Assembly: GCA_965243025.1 (NCBI GenBank)
Contig: CBDETY010000003.1
Location: forward strand, 1,696,001-1,760,000
Reading direction: 5' to 3'
Length of the DNA stretch: 64,000 bases
Source of the DNA: Candidatus Latescibacterota bacterium
Lineage (GTDB): Bacteria > Latescibacterota > UBA2968 > UBA8231
Shown: positions 9,203-19,151 of the stretch, piece by piece
Layout: every line of letters starts with the position of its first letter
How positions within the stretch are numbered: the stretch's first letter is position 1
Made by a program: the position numbers and the translations under genes
The notes under the pieces: model-generated
Databases searched by the model: none
Seen by the model: the letters and a program-made list of their open reading frames with translations, nothing else
Told to the model about the DNA's origin: nothing

Positions 9203-11017
9203 ATGAGTCCCAACATATACAGACTGTCGGAGAACGTAATCGGCAAGATCGCCGCGGGGGAGGTGATCGAAAGGCCGGCTTCGGCAGTCAAGGAGCTGGT
9301 CGAGAACTCTCTCGATGCGGGAGCGAAACGCATCAACGTCGACACAGCCGCCGGGGGCCGGCAGCTGATCCGGGTCGCCGACGACGGAATCGGAATGACA
9401 GCTGAAGATGCCTGCCTGTCGGTCGAACGCCACGCCACCAGCAAGATGCGCAGTCCCAGCGACCTGTTCACAATCGACACACTTGGATTTCGAGGCGAAG
9501 CCCTGGCGAGCATCGCCGCGGTTTCCCGGCTGACCATCGAAACCTCCAACGGGGAACAAGGGGAAGGTACCCGGATCGAGGTGGAAGGGGGGGTGCGCAC
9601 CTGTCTCGGCTCAATCGCCAGGGATACCGGGACTACAGTGACTGCACGGAGCCTGTTCTTCAACACCCCGGCGCGCAGGAAATTCCTCCGGCACATGGAC
9701 ACCGAAGCCCGGTACATTACCCGGTGCGTCGCCCAGTTGGCCGTCGCCTATTCCGAGGTAGCGTTCCGTGTGACCCACAACGACCGCGTGACACTCGACC
9801 TGCACCCGGGAGACCGTGCGCAACGCGTCTCCGATGTGGTTTCGGTCGATCCCTCGCTCCTGCTGCACGCAGCCTCCAGAGTCGAGGCCGGAGCAGCTGG
9901 CAGCATCTCAGTTGAAGTGCTGGCAGGATCCCCCCAGACATGTCAGCGCAGCCGCTCCCGGCAGTACGCGACCGTCCGCCGGCGGCCGGTGTACCATCGG
10001 AAGCTGAACTCCGCGGTTTACGGCGCCTTCGGCAGCCTGTTGCCCCATAACGCTCATCCGGTATTCGCTCTCTGGCTCGATATGGACCCCAGGACTGTCG
10101 ACGTCAACGTCCACCCAACCAAGAAAGAAGTCCATTTCTCCTCCGAAGGAGACCTCGTCAAAGCGGTGCAATCCGTTGCGCGAGAGGCACTTGAAATACC
10201 AGAGGCGAGTGGTTTCAAAGGCGCCGCCGGATTCGATTCGCCGGCGGAGAAACCGGATTACGGGAAAGCCGCCGGGACTGCCGGTCACAGCAGAGTCCTG
10301 GAAGCGCCCATGGATCCGTTCGGCACCGAGACCTCTGCAGACCTCGATCAACTGTCGCTTTCCCTGTTGCCTCCAGCCAGGCTGGAGACCTCGGGAAGTA
10401 CGGAGCAACCGCTGACGCCGCAGGAGGTTTTTCAGCTGTCATCGGCCGCCGAATCAACCCCGATGTGGCAGATTCACAACAAGTACATCGCGGCGCCGAC
10501 CTCCGACGGCATCGCCATAGTCGATCAGCACGTTGCCCACGAGCGCATCCGTTTCGAGGAAGTGCTTGAGGATCTGGAAGGGGAGCAGAGGATCTCCCAG
10601 CAGTTGCTGTTGCCTCTGACACTCGATTTGTCTCCAGTGGAGATGGTCGCATTTCAGGATGCCCGGCCCCTGTTCGAAAGAATCGGTTTTGGAGCGCGTG
10701 AATTCGGTCCGACCAGCCTGATTGTCGATTCCATCCCGAGCGAGCTCAGGAACTGGGGAGACGGCGCGGTATTTCAGGAGATCATCAGCGACCTGATCGA
10801 GGAGAACGAGACCCGTGCGACCACGCAGCAGGCCCTTGCTGCCTCGATGGCCTGCCACACTTCGATCCGGGCAGGAGACCGACTCAACCAGGAAGAGATG
10901 AGGACCCTGGTTCAGCGGCTGCTCAAAGCCCGGGAGCCTTTTTCCTGTCCCCACGGTCGGCCGATAATTATCCGGGTTCCACTCAGCCACCTCGACAGGC
11001 TGTTCGGCCGAACCTGA
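9203..11017 (+). CDS. mutL: DNA mismatch repair endonuclease MutL
   Basis: Motifs IAAGEVIERP, GFRGEAL, DVNVHPTK, DQHVAHER and CPHGRP. Confidence 0.98.
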   Translation: MSPNIYRLSENVIGKIAAGEVIERPASAVKELVENSLDAGAKRINVDTAAGGRQLIRVADDGIGMTAEDACLSVERHATSKMRSPSDLFTIDTLGFRGEALASIAAVSRLTIETSNGEQGEGTRIEVEGGVRTCLGSIARDTGTTVTARSLFFNTPARRKFLRHMDTEARYITRCVAQLAVAYSEVAFRVTHNDRVTLDLHPGDRAQRVSDVVSVDPSLLLHAASRVEAGAAGSISVEVLAGSPQTCQRSRSRQYATVRRRPVYHRKLNSAVYGAFGSLLPHNAHPVFALWLDMDPRTVDVNVHPTKKEVHFSSEGDLVKAVQSVAREALEIPEASGFKGAAGFDSPAEKPDYGKAAGTAGHSRVLEAPMDPFGTETSADLDQLSLSLLPPARLETSGSTEQPLTPQEVFQLSSAAESTPMWQIHNKYIAAPTSDGIAIVDQHVAHERIRFEEVLEDLEGEQRISQQLLLPLTLDLSPVEMVAFQDARPLFERIGFGAREFGPTSLIVDSIPSELRNWGDGAVFQEIISDLIEENETRATTQQALAASMACHTSIRAGDRLNQEEMRTLVQRLLKAREPFSCPHGRPIIIRVPLSHLDRLFGRT

Positions 11018-11061
11018 AAAACCCTAACGAGGATGGTTCTGGGGAATCGATCAACCTTGGA

Positions 11062-11089
11062 AAGTCACATAAACAACTTTATGTAAATA
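11062..11089. other. dif-like tyrosine-recombinase site A (11-6-11)
   Basis: AAGTCACATAA-ACAACT-TTATGTAAATA. The right arm resembles XerD arms (TTATGTTAAAT, TTATGTAAACT). Confidence 0.65.
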
Positions 11090-11164
11090 ACCAACCCGGA
11101 ATCAACCAGCATTTGGAGATATCCGGGGACTCCTGGGAAGAATGGTATTTTCCCGGCCGGTAAA

Positions 11165-12094
11165 TCAGGACCCGTACCGGATTCTCGCTACAGCTCCTCG
11201 TGCCGCCAGCTGCCCACGTGCATAGTGACCGGGCATTTGCGGCGAGGTCCAGCGGCCCGCAGTCTGCATTTCCGCTATCGAGGCGCCTCCCGCCGCAAGC
11301 GACTGGGCCCCGCCAACCCGCAGGGAGTGACCGGAGACCTTACCGTCGATTCCCGCGGCCGCACATCGGTGTTTGATGATGTTCCGGACGGATACCGTGC
11401 TCAAAGCCTTGCTTCCCACCCGGTCGCCGCGGAACAGGCGCCTGAACACCGGCCCGTCGTCAATTCCGGCCGCATCCATCCAGGCTTTGATCTTCCACGC
11501 AGTCGGCACCCCGAGAAACAGAACCACTCCGGATCCTTCCTGATCCGTTTTGGAGTGGTGGATCGTCAACCTCGCCGAGCCGTCGCTTTCAAAGGAGATG
11601 TCGGGTACCTGTACGCCGGCAACCTCCGAAACGCGGAGCAATCCGTCGGAAGCGACCGCCAGCAGGGCGGAGTCGCGCAAACCAGCCAGGGAATCATCCG
11701 AGGCAACCGCGGCCGCCGCATCCGCCTGGGCGAACTGGACCCCCTGCACCTGACCCCGACCGCGGTCCTTGCCCGCACGGCGAATTCCCGCCAGCACCCT
11801 GTCCGTTGCCGGACCGGCCGGGGAGGGCTCGCCCTGCATCCTTGCACGGAACTTTACCGCGGCGACTGCCTGTGAACAGGTGGCCGGAGACTTTCCTGCC
11901 ATGTGCAGTCCCGCGATATAGTCGGCAAGATACACATCTGTCAGCGGGAGGTCGCCGAGATGGCTGTCGATCTTTGCCAACGCATGCCGGTAGGCCCTGA
12001 GCGTGTTTTCCGAGACGCTGGCATGAACCAGGTCCCGGATGGCGCCGGAATTGGCGAGCTCTTGCGGAGAGTTCGCGGTGATCAGATTACCCAT
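11165..12094 (-). CDS. Cre-like tyrosine recombinase/integrase
   Basis: N-terminal SENTLRAY. Catalytic set present: R (LLRVSE), K (SKTDQ), HxxR (HSLR), W (GRW) and Y (HYAR). Confidence 0.93.
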   Translation of the reverse strand: MGNLITANSPQELANSGAIRDLVHASVSENTLRAYRHALAKIDSHLGDLPLTDVYLADYIAGLHMAGKSPATCSQAVAAVKFRARMQGEPSPAGPATDRVLAGIRRAGKDRGRGQVQGVQFAQADAAAAVASDDSLAGLRDSALLAVASDGLLRVSEVAGVQVPDISFESDGSARLTIHHSKTDQEGSGVVLFLGVPTAWKIKAWMDAAGIDDGPVFRRLFRGDRVGSKALSTVSVRNIIKHRCAAAGIDGKVSGHSLRVGGAQSLAAGGASIAEMQTAGRWTSPQMPGHYARGQLAARGAVARIRYGS

Positions 12095-12099
12095 GCCAT

Positions 12100-12149
12100 C
12101 CTGGTTGATTAGTTTTGATAACGTGAATTATACAAACTAATAATCCAGG
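12100..12149. repeat. Imperfect 50-bp palindrome containing an 11-6-11 recombination-site core (site B)
   Basis: CCTGGTTGATT-AGTTTTGATAA-CGTGAA-TTATACAAACT-AATAATCCAGG. Confidence 0.7.
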
Positions 12150-12155
12150 CGTCAA
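12127..12155 (-). promoter_or_regulatory. Sigma70 promoter of the recombinase
   Basis: Minus strand TTGACG-N17-TATAAT, ending about 32 nt upstream of the ATG. Confidence 0.8.
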
Positions 12156-12384
12156 CGCGGGGGGTTTCCCGGCTTGTGGTTTGTTGGAAAACACCGTCGC
12201 TTCGGGACTCCTTTTCGGATCTGGAATATTACTTTTGATAATTACTTTCGGAATTTGTTATCGCCGTTGATGTCCTGTGCGAATCAACTCCTGACCAGCC
12301 CCGGGTTCCAATCCTTGGTTTGAGCTGCCCTGGGGGCGGACATGCCAATAACCTCGATATTTACAAAATGAAATTTACATGGCA

Positions 12385-15318
12385 TCAGACCACTATATTG
12401 ACGATCCTCCCCGGGACATACACAAACCGCTTGGGTACGGCCGAATCCGGAAGGTACCGGCGAACGTTGTCCAGTTTCAGAATCAGATCCCTCGCTGTTT
12501 CTTCGGTGATTCCAGCCGGAACTTCAACACTGGCCCTTACCTTGCCGTTGACCTGCACGGGCAGGGTCAACGTATCCTCGACCAGCAGATCTTCCTGTGG
12601 TTGCGGCCAATCCTGGACCGACAAATCCCCGTCGCCGAAACCCCAGATGCTCCACACCTCCTCTCCAAGGTGCGGGGCAAACGGCGACAGCATCAAAACC
12701 AGAGATCGCGCCATCTCCTCGGAAACAGCCTCTTTCCCCACCAGGTCGTTATTCAGCTCGATCAGCGCCGCGATGGCTGTGTTGAGCCGCAATCCCTCGA
12801 TATCCTCGGTCACCTTGGCCATTGTCCGGTGGAGCTTCCTGCGCAGAGCGACATCCTCCTCATCCTTTCCCGGAGCCATCCTCCTCGCCGTTCCATCCTG
12901 GGAAACCAGGTTGCGCCACACGCGCTGCAGGAAACGCTGCATCCCGCGTATTCCCTCCATGCTCCACGGCGTGCTCTGCTCGAGGGGGCCCATGTACATC
13001 TCGTACAGGCGCAGGGTGTCGACCCCGTACTCCTCCCCGACTTCTTCGGGAGGCAGCCCGTTCTTGTAGCGTTTCCCCATCTTGCCGCCGGAACGGGTCA
13101 GCGCCTCACCGGTCTGCGAGTGGAAAGGCCGCCCGTCGCGCAGCTCGACCTCGCGGATGTCGACGTAGACTCCGCGGGCATCCGTGAACGCATCGGCGGT
13201 TATCATTCCCTGGTTGAACAGTTTCTTGAACGGCTCGGGTGAAGAGACGTGGCCCAGGTCGAACAACGCCTTGTGCCAGAACCGGGAATACAACAGGTGG
13301 AGCACGCCGTGCTCGGCGCCGCCGATATACAGATCGACCGGCATGAAATGCCGCTCCCTGGCAGGGTCGCAGAATGCCTGGGTGTTGGCTGGATCGATGA
13401 AACGCACGAAATACCAGCAGGACCCCGCCCACTGGGGCATGACGTTCAGTTCCCGCTCGCACTGGGTTCCATCCATGCTGACGAACCGCCAATCGTCCGC
13501 GGCGCGTCCCAGCGGCAGCGAAACCGGAGTGTCGGGATCATCGGAGGTCTGCGGACGGAAGTCCTCCATCTCGGGAAGCAGGACGGGAACCTCGGTAGCG
13601 ACTGAAAAGCCGTCCGGAGTGGTGGCCAGCGGGAAGGGCTCTCCCCAGTATCTTTGCCTGGAAAAAATCCAGTCGCGCAGCTTGTAGCGGACCGCAAACC
13701 TTCCAAGGCCGGCCCTTTCCAGTGCGGAAGTGATTTTTTCCCTGGCCTGTTGCGTCCCCAGGCCGGTGATGGAGAACTCGCTGTCTCCATCGGCGGGAGA
13801 ATTGATGCTGGTCCCCTCCCCTGTGAAGCAACCCCCCTCTTCGGTTCTGTCGCTGTCCGGCGCCTGGACGACCTGGATCACCTCCAGGCCGTAGTTTGAG
13901 GCAAACTCGAAATCGCGGTCGTCGTGCCCGGGAACCGCCATGATCGCCCCCGTCCCGTATTCCATCGAAACGTAGTCGGCGACAAAAACCGGAATGACAG
14001 CTCCGCTGGCAGGGTTGCGGGCCCATATTCCAGTGAAAACCCCCGACTTCTCGCGCTCGTCGAATTCCCTTGCGACCTGAGTGGCTTCCGCTGCCGCGGC
14101 GACATAGTCCGCGACCGCTACCCGAGGTCCTGAGATGGTTCCCTTTTTCCAGACCTCTTTCGTGCCTTCGGGCCAGCGTGCCGGCACGAGATACGAGGAG
14201 TGTTCCGGATCGAGAAGCCGGTGCCCGGGAGCGACCGCCATGAAGGTCGCTCCGAACAGGGTGTCGGGACGCGTGGTGAAAACTTCGAGGCGCGCGGCGA
14301 TTTCCGTGGAACCCGGTTTCAGCAGGTCGAACAGGATTTCCGCCCCCCCGCTGCGGCCGATCCAGTTCCGCTGCATCAGCTTGATCGGTTCGGGCCAATC
14401 CAGTGCGTATCTGCCTCCGCGTCCGTCTGGCAGATCCGCTGAATCCAGATCCTGCAACAGGCGGTCGGCGTAGTCGGTAATGCGAAGCATCCACTGCCTG
14501 AGCGGGCGCCTGTACACAGGAAAATCGCCGATCTCGCTGCGGCCTTCTCCGGTGACCTCCTCGTTGGCCAGGACCGTTCCCAGCCCGGGACACCAGTTGA
14601 CCGTTACTTCTTTCTGATATGCCAGCCGATAGTTGTTGAGCACGGCAGCCCGCCCGGCCTCGGTCAGTTCGTACCAACCGGGGTTCGAACCGCTCCCGTT
14701 CTGCCTTCGCGAAATTGAGGCAAGGGTTTCGAGATCGCCGTCTGAAAGGGCACGACGTCCACGGATAAAAGCCTCTTCCAGCTCCCGGATCGGCACGGCC
14801 TTGCCCTTGATCTCGCGACCTGCCGCATCGAACTGAATAGCTTCCGGATCGAACCAGCAGTCGTAGAGCTGCAGAAAAATCCACTGGGTCCAGCGGTAAT
14901 ACTCTGCGTCCGAAGTCGCCAGCTCCCGATCCCAGTCGTAGGCCAGGCCCAGGACCTGAAGCTGTCCGCGCATGCGGTCGATACACTCGCGTACCGCCGT
15001 GGACGGATGCACGTTGTTTGCGATCGCGTACTGTTCCGCCGGCAGGCCGAAGCTGTCGAACCCCATCGGATGCAGAACGTTGAATCCCCGCATCCTCTTG
15101 AAACGGCTGTAGATGTCGCTGGCGATATAACCCTTGGGATGGCCTATGTGGAGCCCGTCGCCGCTGGGATACGGAAACATGTCGAGGACATAGCACTTTG
15201 GCCGGGTATCGGTCGTGCGGTCTTCCCCGGGACCTTGCGTCCTGAACGTCTTCTCCCCCAGCCAGCGTTCGCGCCAGCGGCGTTCTATCTCCTGGTACTG
15301 GTAACTTCCCCTCTTCAT
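12385..15318 (-). CDS. leuS: Leucine--tRNA ligase
   Basis: Motifs MFPYPSG.GLHIGH, FTTRPDT, LRDWIFSRQRYWGEP and the KMGKR variant of KMSKS. Start set at ATG 15318. Confidence 0.97.
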   Translation of the reverse strand: MKRGSYQYQEIERRWRERWLGEKTFRTQGPGEDRTTDTRPKCYVLDMFPYPSGDGLHIGHPKGYIASDIYSRFKRMRGFNVLHPMGFDSFGLPAEQYAIANNVHPSTAVRECIDRMRGQLQVLGLAYDWDRELATSDAEYYRWTQWIFLQLYDCWFDPEAIQFDAAGREIKGKAVPIRELEEAFIRGRRALSDGDLETLASISRRQNGSGSNPGWYELTEAGRAAVLNNYRLAYQKEVTVNWCPGLGTVLANEEVTGEGRSEIGDFPVYRRPLRQWMLRITDYADRLLQDLDSADLPDGRGGRYALDWPEPIKLMQRNWIGRSGGAEILFDLLKPGSTEIAARLEVFTTRPDTLFGATFMAVAPGHRLLDPEHSSYLVPARWPEGTKEVWKKGTISGPRVAVADYVAAAAEATQVAREFDEREKSGVFTGIWARNPASGAVIPVFVADYVSMEYGTGAIMAVPGHDDRDFEFASNYGLEVIQVVQAPDSDRTEEGGCFTGEGTSINSPADGDSEFSITGLGTQQAREKITSALERAGLGRFAVRYKLRDWIFSRQRYWGEPFPLATTPDGFSVATEVPVLLPEMEDFRPQTSDDPDTPVSLPLGRAADDWRFVSMDGTQCERELNVMPQWAGSCWYFVRFIDPANTQAFCDPARERHFMPVDLYIGGAEHGVLHLLYSRFWHKALFDLGHVSSPEPFKKLFNQGMITADAFTDARGVYVDIREVELRDGRPFHSQTGEALTRSGGKMGKRYKNGLPPEEVGEEYGVDTLRLYEMYMGPLEQSTPWSMEGIRGMQRFLQRVWRNLVSQDGTARRMAPGKDEEDVALRRKLHRTMAKVTEDIEGLRLNTAIAALIELNNDLVGKEAVSEEMARSLVLMLSPFAPHLGEEVWSIWGFGDGDLSVQDWPQPQEDLLVEDTLTLPVQVNGKVRASVEVPAGITEETARDLILKLDNVRRYLPDSAVPKRFVYVPGRIVNIVV

Positions 15319-15363
15319 CTTTTTTTGTCCGTCAAGTTCCAGTCCGCCGGTACGTGGACTCAC

Positions 15364-16656
15364 TCAAGGATACAACCGCTGCAGCGTGCGCGGAAACGGA
15401 ATGGTCTCGCGCACGTGCCTGATTCCGCACAGCCACCCTACCACGCGTTCTATCCCCATCCCGAAACCGGCGTGCGGCACCGATCCGTACCGGCGCAGAT
15501 CGAGATACCACTCGAATGCCGACCTCGGCAGGCGGTGTTCTTCGATACGCTCCTCGAGGATCCGGAGATCCTCTTCGCGCTGGCCTCCTCCGACGATCTC
15601 ACCGTATCCCTCGGGAGCGAGCATGTCGACGCAGAGAGCGAGCTTGTCGTTCTCCGGATCGCGCTTCATGTAGAAGGCCTTCACCTCCGCCGGGTATCGA
15701 TGCACGAGGACTGGCGACGTGAACTGCTCGGAAAGAACGGTTTCGTCATCCCCGCCGAGATCGGCCCCCCACTCGATATCGCTGCCATTGCTCCGGAGAT
15801 TTTCCACCGCTTCGTCGTAGGTCATGCGGGGAAACGGCTTGGTTACCGCTTCCAGGGGACCGGGGTCGCGCTCCAGCACGGAGAGCTCGTCGCGTCCCTG
15901 TTCGAGCACGCGCTGGACCACGTAGCAGAGGAGGTCTTCGGCCACCTGCATGTTGCCGTCGAGGTCGCAATAAGCGATCTCCGGTTCCATCATCCAGAAC
16001 TCAGTCAGGTGCCGCCGCGTCTTTGACTTTTCCGCTCGAAAGGTCGGGCCGAGACAGTACACTTTTCCGAAGGCCATGGCCGCCGCTTCCATGTACAGCT
16101 GGCCGCTCTGGGTAAGGAAGGCAGTGTCTCCGAAATAGTCGGTCTCGAACAGCGTAGTGGTTCCCTCGCATGCGGCAGGAGTCAGAATCGGGGCGTCGAT
16201 CAGGATGAACCCCTCGCGGGCCATGAAGTCGCGGCATGCCTGGATTACGTAGCTGCGGATTCTCAAGGTCGCGTGGGGGCGCGAGGAGCGCAGCCAGAGG
16301 TGTCTGTTCTCCATCAGAAACGACACCCCGTGGTCTTTTGGTGAGATCGGGTATTCGGCGGCCTCGTGAACCGCTTCGATCGAGGAGACTCCCAGTTCGT
16401 GGCCGAGTGCGGAACGCTCATCCCGGCGCACCTCTCCCCTGACGACAATCGCCGACTCCTGGGGCAGGTTGCCGGCGCGCTCGAACGCCTCGTCACCGAC
16501 ATCCTCCTTGAACAGCACGCACTGAATGAGGCCGGTTCCGTCCCTGACCTGGAGAAAGTGGAGCCTCCCGCTCGACCGCTTGTTGTAGAGCCACCCCCGC
16601 AATTCGACTTCGCGGCCCTCAAAAGCAGCGATTTTCCGAATTTCTACTCGTTCCAT
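15364..16656 (-). CDS. asnS: Asparagine--tRNA ligase
   Basis: Motifs [34 protein letters not shown] and [11 protein letters not shown]. Confidence 0.95.
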   Translation of the reverse strand: MERVEIRKIAAFEGREVELRGWLYNKRSSGRLHFLQVRDGTGLIQCVLFKEDVGDEAFERAGNLPQESAIVVRGEVRRDERSALGHELGVSSIEAVHEAAEYPISPKDHGVSFLMENRHLWLRSSRPHATLRIRSYVIQACRDFMAREGFILIDAPILTPAACEGTTTLFETDYFGDTAFLTQSGQLYMEAAAMAFGKVYCLGPTFRAEKSKTRRHLTEFWMMEPEIAYCDLDGNMQVAEDLLCYVVQRVLEQGRDELSVLERDPGPLEAVTKPFPRMTYDEAVENLRSNGSDIEWGADLGGDDETVLSEQFTSPVLVHRYPAEVKAFYMKRDPENDKLALCVDMLAPEGYGEIVGGGQREEDLRILEERIEEHRLPRSAFEWYLDLRRYGSVPHAGFGMGIERVVGWLCGIRHVRETIPFPRTLQRLYP

Positions 16657-16709
16657 AATGCGTAGAAGGGATTGTCGTCACCCGCCGCCCCCGGTGGGGA
16701 TTTACAACC

Positions 16710-16747
16710 AAAAAGACTACCGAACAGAAACCTGGGCGGTAGTCTTT
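16710..16747 (-). terminator. Intrinsic terminator downstream of pnp
   Basis: Minus strand stem AAAGACTACCG...CGGTAGTCTTT running into a T-tract. Confidence 0.7.
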
Positions 16748-16788
16748 GTCAGTGCCCCTGGAGCAAGGGCGGTGTTCGCCGGACCCGG

Positions 16789-18906
16789 TCAGCGGCTTTT
16801 TTCGAGGTTCCTTTCCCGGTTGCGCCGATTATTCGGCCTGTCGAGTGTTGCCTTGTGGCTGAGTCGGATTTTCCCCGAGTTGTCGATTTCGAGAACCTTT
16901 ACGGCAATTCTTCCACCTTCCTCGACGACATCTTCGACTGATTCGACCCGCTTGTGGTCGAGCTCGGAGATGTGGAGGAGACCTTCCTTTCCTGGAAGGA
17001 TCTCGACGAAGGCTCCGAAAGGCATGATGCGCTTGACCGTACCTTCGTACTGCTGGCCGATCTCGGCATCGGCGGTGATCGCCTCGATCATCTCCCGGGC
17101 GCTGGCCGCGGCGCCCGACTCGACGGACGAAATGGTAATCTTGCCGTCGTCCTCGACGTTGATGGTAGCCCCCGTCTTTTCAATCTCCCGGATGGTCTTT
17201 CCACCCGGACCGATGACTGCTCCTATCTTCTCGACATCGATTTTCATGAACTCGATGCGCGGGGCGAATTCGGACAGCTCCTGGCGGTGGCTTGCTATTT
17301 CCTCGTTCATGGCCTCGAGGATCTGAAGACCGGCCTCGCGGGCACGAGCGAATGCCTCTTCGAGGATTCCGATCTCGACACCCTGGATCTTGTTTTCCAT
17401 CTGAACCGCGGTGATCCCGTCGACGGTTCCAGCCACTTTCAGGTCCATGTCTCCGAGGAAATCCTCGGCTCCCTGGATGTCGGTCAGCAGCTCCCAATCA
17501 TCCCCTTCGCTGATCAACCCGACCCCGGACGCGGTGACCGGGTTCTTTATCGGCACCCCGGCATCCATCAGCGCCAGCGAACAACCGCATACAGTCGCCA
17601 TCGAGGTCGATCCATTGGACTCCTCGATGTCGGAAACCAGGCGGATTGTGTAGGGAAAGGAGTCCACCCCCGGGACCACGGGCTCGATGGCGGTTTCGGC
17701 CAGGTGGCCATGCCCGATCTCCCGCCTTCCGGGCCCGCGCGGGAACGATACTTCCCCGGTGCTGTAGGAGGGAAAGTTGTAATCGAGGAAATAGGATTTG
17801 AACGACTTCCCGCTCAGGTCGTCTATCATCTTCTCGTCGAGCTTGCTGCCCAGGGTCGCCACGCACAGGGCCTGGGTCTGGCCACGGGTGAACAACGCTG
17901 ACCCGTGTGCTCTCGGAAGTATCTGTGTTTCACATGTGACCGTTCTGACCTCATCGAGAGCGCGGCCATCTATGCGGCGCTTTTCCTCGAGGACCATGCG
18001 CCGCATGTCCGCTTTGATAAGTCCGTAAATGATGTCGTCGATCTGCTGGTCCGATTCCGGGAAGCGCTCGGCCAGAGCTTCACGCGTATCCTTGTAGATT
18101 CCATCGACGAGGTCGTGGCGCTCTTCCCGGCTGGTGGTGTGGTTGGCTTCAGTTATGCGCCCTTCAGCCAATTCGCGAACCGCAGCTTCGAGCTCGGGGG
18201 CAACAGCCTGCCCGACAAAGGCCATCTTCTCCTTGCCGGCCAGCGAAACAAGCTCTTCCTGAAGGTCGATCAGTTTCACGATATGCTCATGACCGAACTT
18301 CAATGCGTCTATCAGATCCTTTTCGGAAACCTCGTGAGCTCCGCCCTCGACTGTCCCTATGGAATCCCTGGTTCCAGACAGGATAAGGTCCATGTCGCTT
18401 TCGTCCCGCTGGCCCATCGTCGGGTTGATGACGAATTCGCCGTCGACGCGGCCGACCCGGACGGCACCGAGTGGTCCGGCAAAGGGTATGTCCGAAAGGC
18501 CCAGTGCCGCGGAGCTGCCCACCATTCCCAGAACATCCGCGTCGTTTTCGTTGTCAGACGACAGAATGGTTATGAAAACCTGAACCTCGTGGGCAAACCC
18601 TTTCGGAAACATCGGGCGGATCGAGTGATCGGTCAGTCTGGCGCTGAGGGTCTCTTTCTCCCCCATCCTCCCCTCGCGGCGAAAGAAGTTACCGGGGATC
18701 CGCCCGGCTGCATACGACTTCTCCCGGTACTCCACGGTCAAAGGGAGGAAGTCACGGTCTGTCGCGTTCTGCGACCTGCAGGCGGTGACAAGACAGATGG
18801 TATCCCCATAGCGAATCCATACCGCCCCATGCGCCTGTTTGGCAACCTTTCCGGTCTCCAGGGACAGCGTGCGTCCACCTAGTTCAGCTTCGACTTTGTG
18901 AATCAT
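16789..18906 (-). CDS. pnp: Polyribonucleotide nucleotidyltransferase
   Basis: Motifs FLPLTVEY, FTRGQTQ, RREIGHG, ESNGSTSMA and GDMDLKVAG, plus KH and S1 domains. Confidence 0.98.
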   Translation of the reverse strand: MIHKVEAELGGRTLSLETGKVAKQAHGAVWIRYGDTICLVTACRSQNATDRDFLPLTVEYREKSYAAGRIPGNFFRREGRMGEKETLSARLTDHSIRPMFPKGFAHEVQVFITILSSDNENDADVLGMVGSSAALGLSDIPFAGPLGAVRVGRVDGEFVINPTMGQRDESDMDLILSGTRDSIGTVEGGAHEVSEKDLIDALKFGHEHIVKLIDLQEELVSLAGKEKMAFVGQAVAPELEAAVRELAEGRITEANHTTSREERHDLVDGIYKDTREALAERFPESDQQIDDIIYGLIKADMRRMVLEEKRRIDGRALDEVRTVTCETQILPRAHGSALFTRGQTQALCVATLGSKLDEKMIDDLSGKSFKSYFLDYNFPSYSTGEVSFPRGPGRREIGHGHLAETAIEPVVPGVDSFPYTIRLVSDIEESNGSTSMATVCGCSLALMDAGVPIKNPVTASGVGLISEGDDWELLTDIQGAEDFLGDMDLKVAGTVDGITAVQMENKIQGVEIGILEEAFARAREAGLQILEAMNEEIASHRQELSEFAPRIEFMKIDVEKIGAVIGPGGKTIREIEKTGATINVEDDGKITISSVESGAAASAREMIEAITADAEIGQQYEGTVKRIMPFGAFVEILPGKEGLLHISELDHKRVESVEDVVEEGGRIAVKVLEIDNSGKIRLSHKATLDRPNNRRNRERNLEKSR

Positions 18907-19151
18907 CTCTTTCTTCTCGTTCTCTTTTTTTGAGTTTTGTGTGCTTCACCACGGATGCCGGATGTCCCGGTTCCTGTATGCCTCCCAATGGCTGGCGCAA
19001 TCAACGGCCCTCACGAAATACCCTCCGCAAGCGACGATATCGATGGAGCACGGATTTCAGGCACGCCTCCAGCCGGAGAAAACCGGAGGCGACTCTTCCA
19101 GCTTATTTCGGGAGTCCTTGCTTGTGGAGAACCTCCCTCCCTGACCTTTGA

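Noticed and set aside
13538-15196. 552-aa alternative-frame ORF inside leuS
   Set aside because: Arg/Gly/Pro-rich shadow ORF typical of high-GC DNA, with no motifs.
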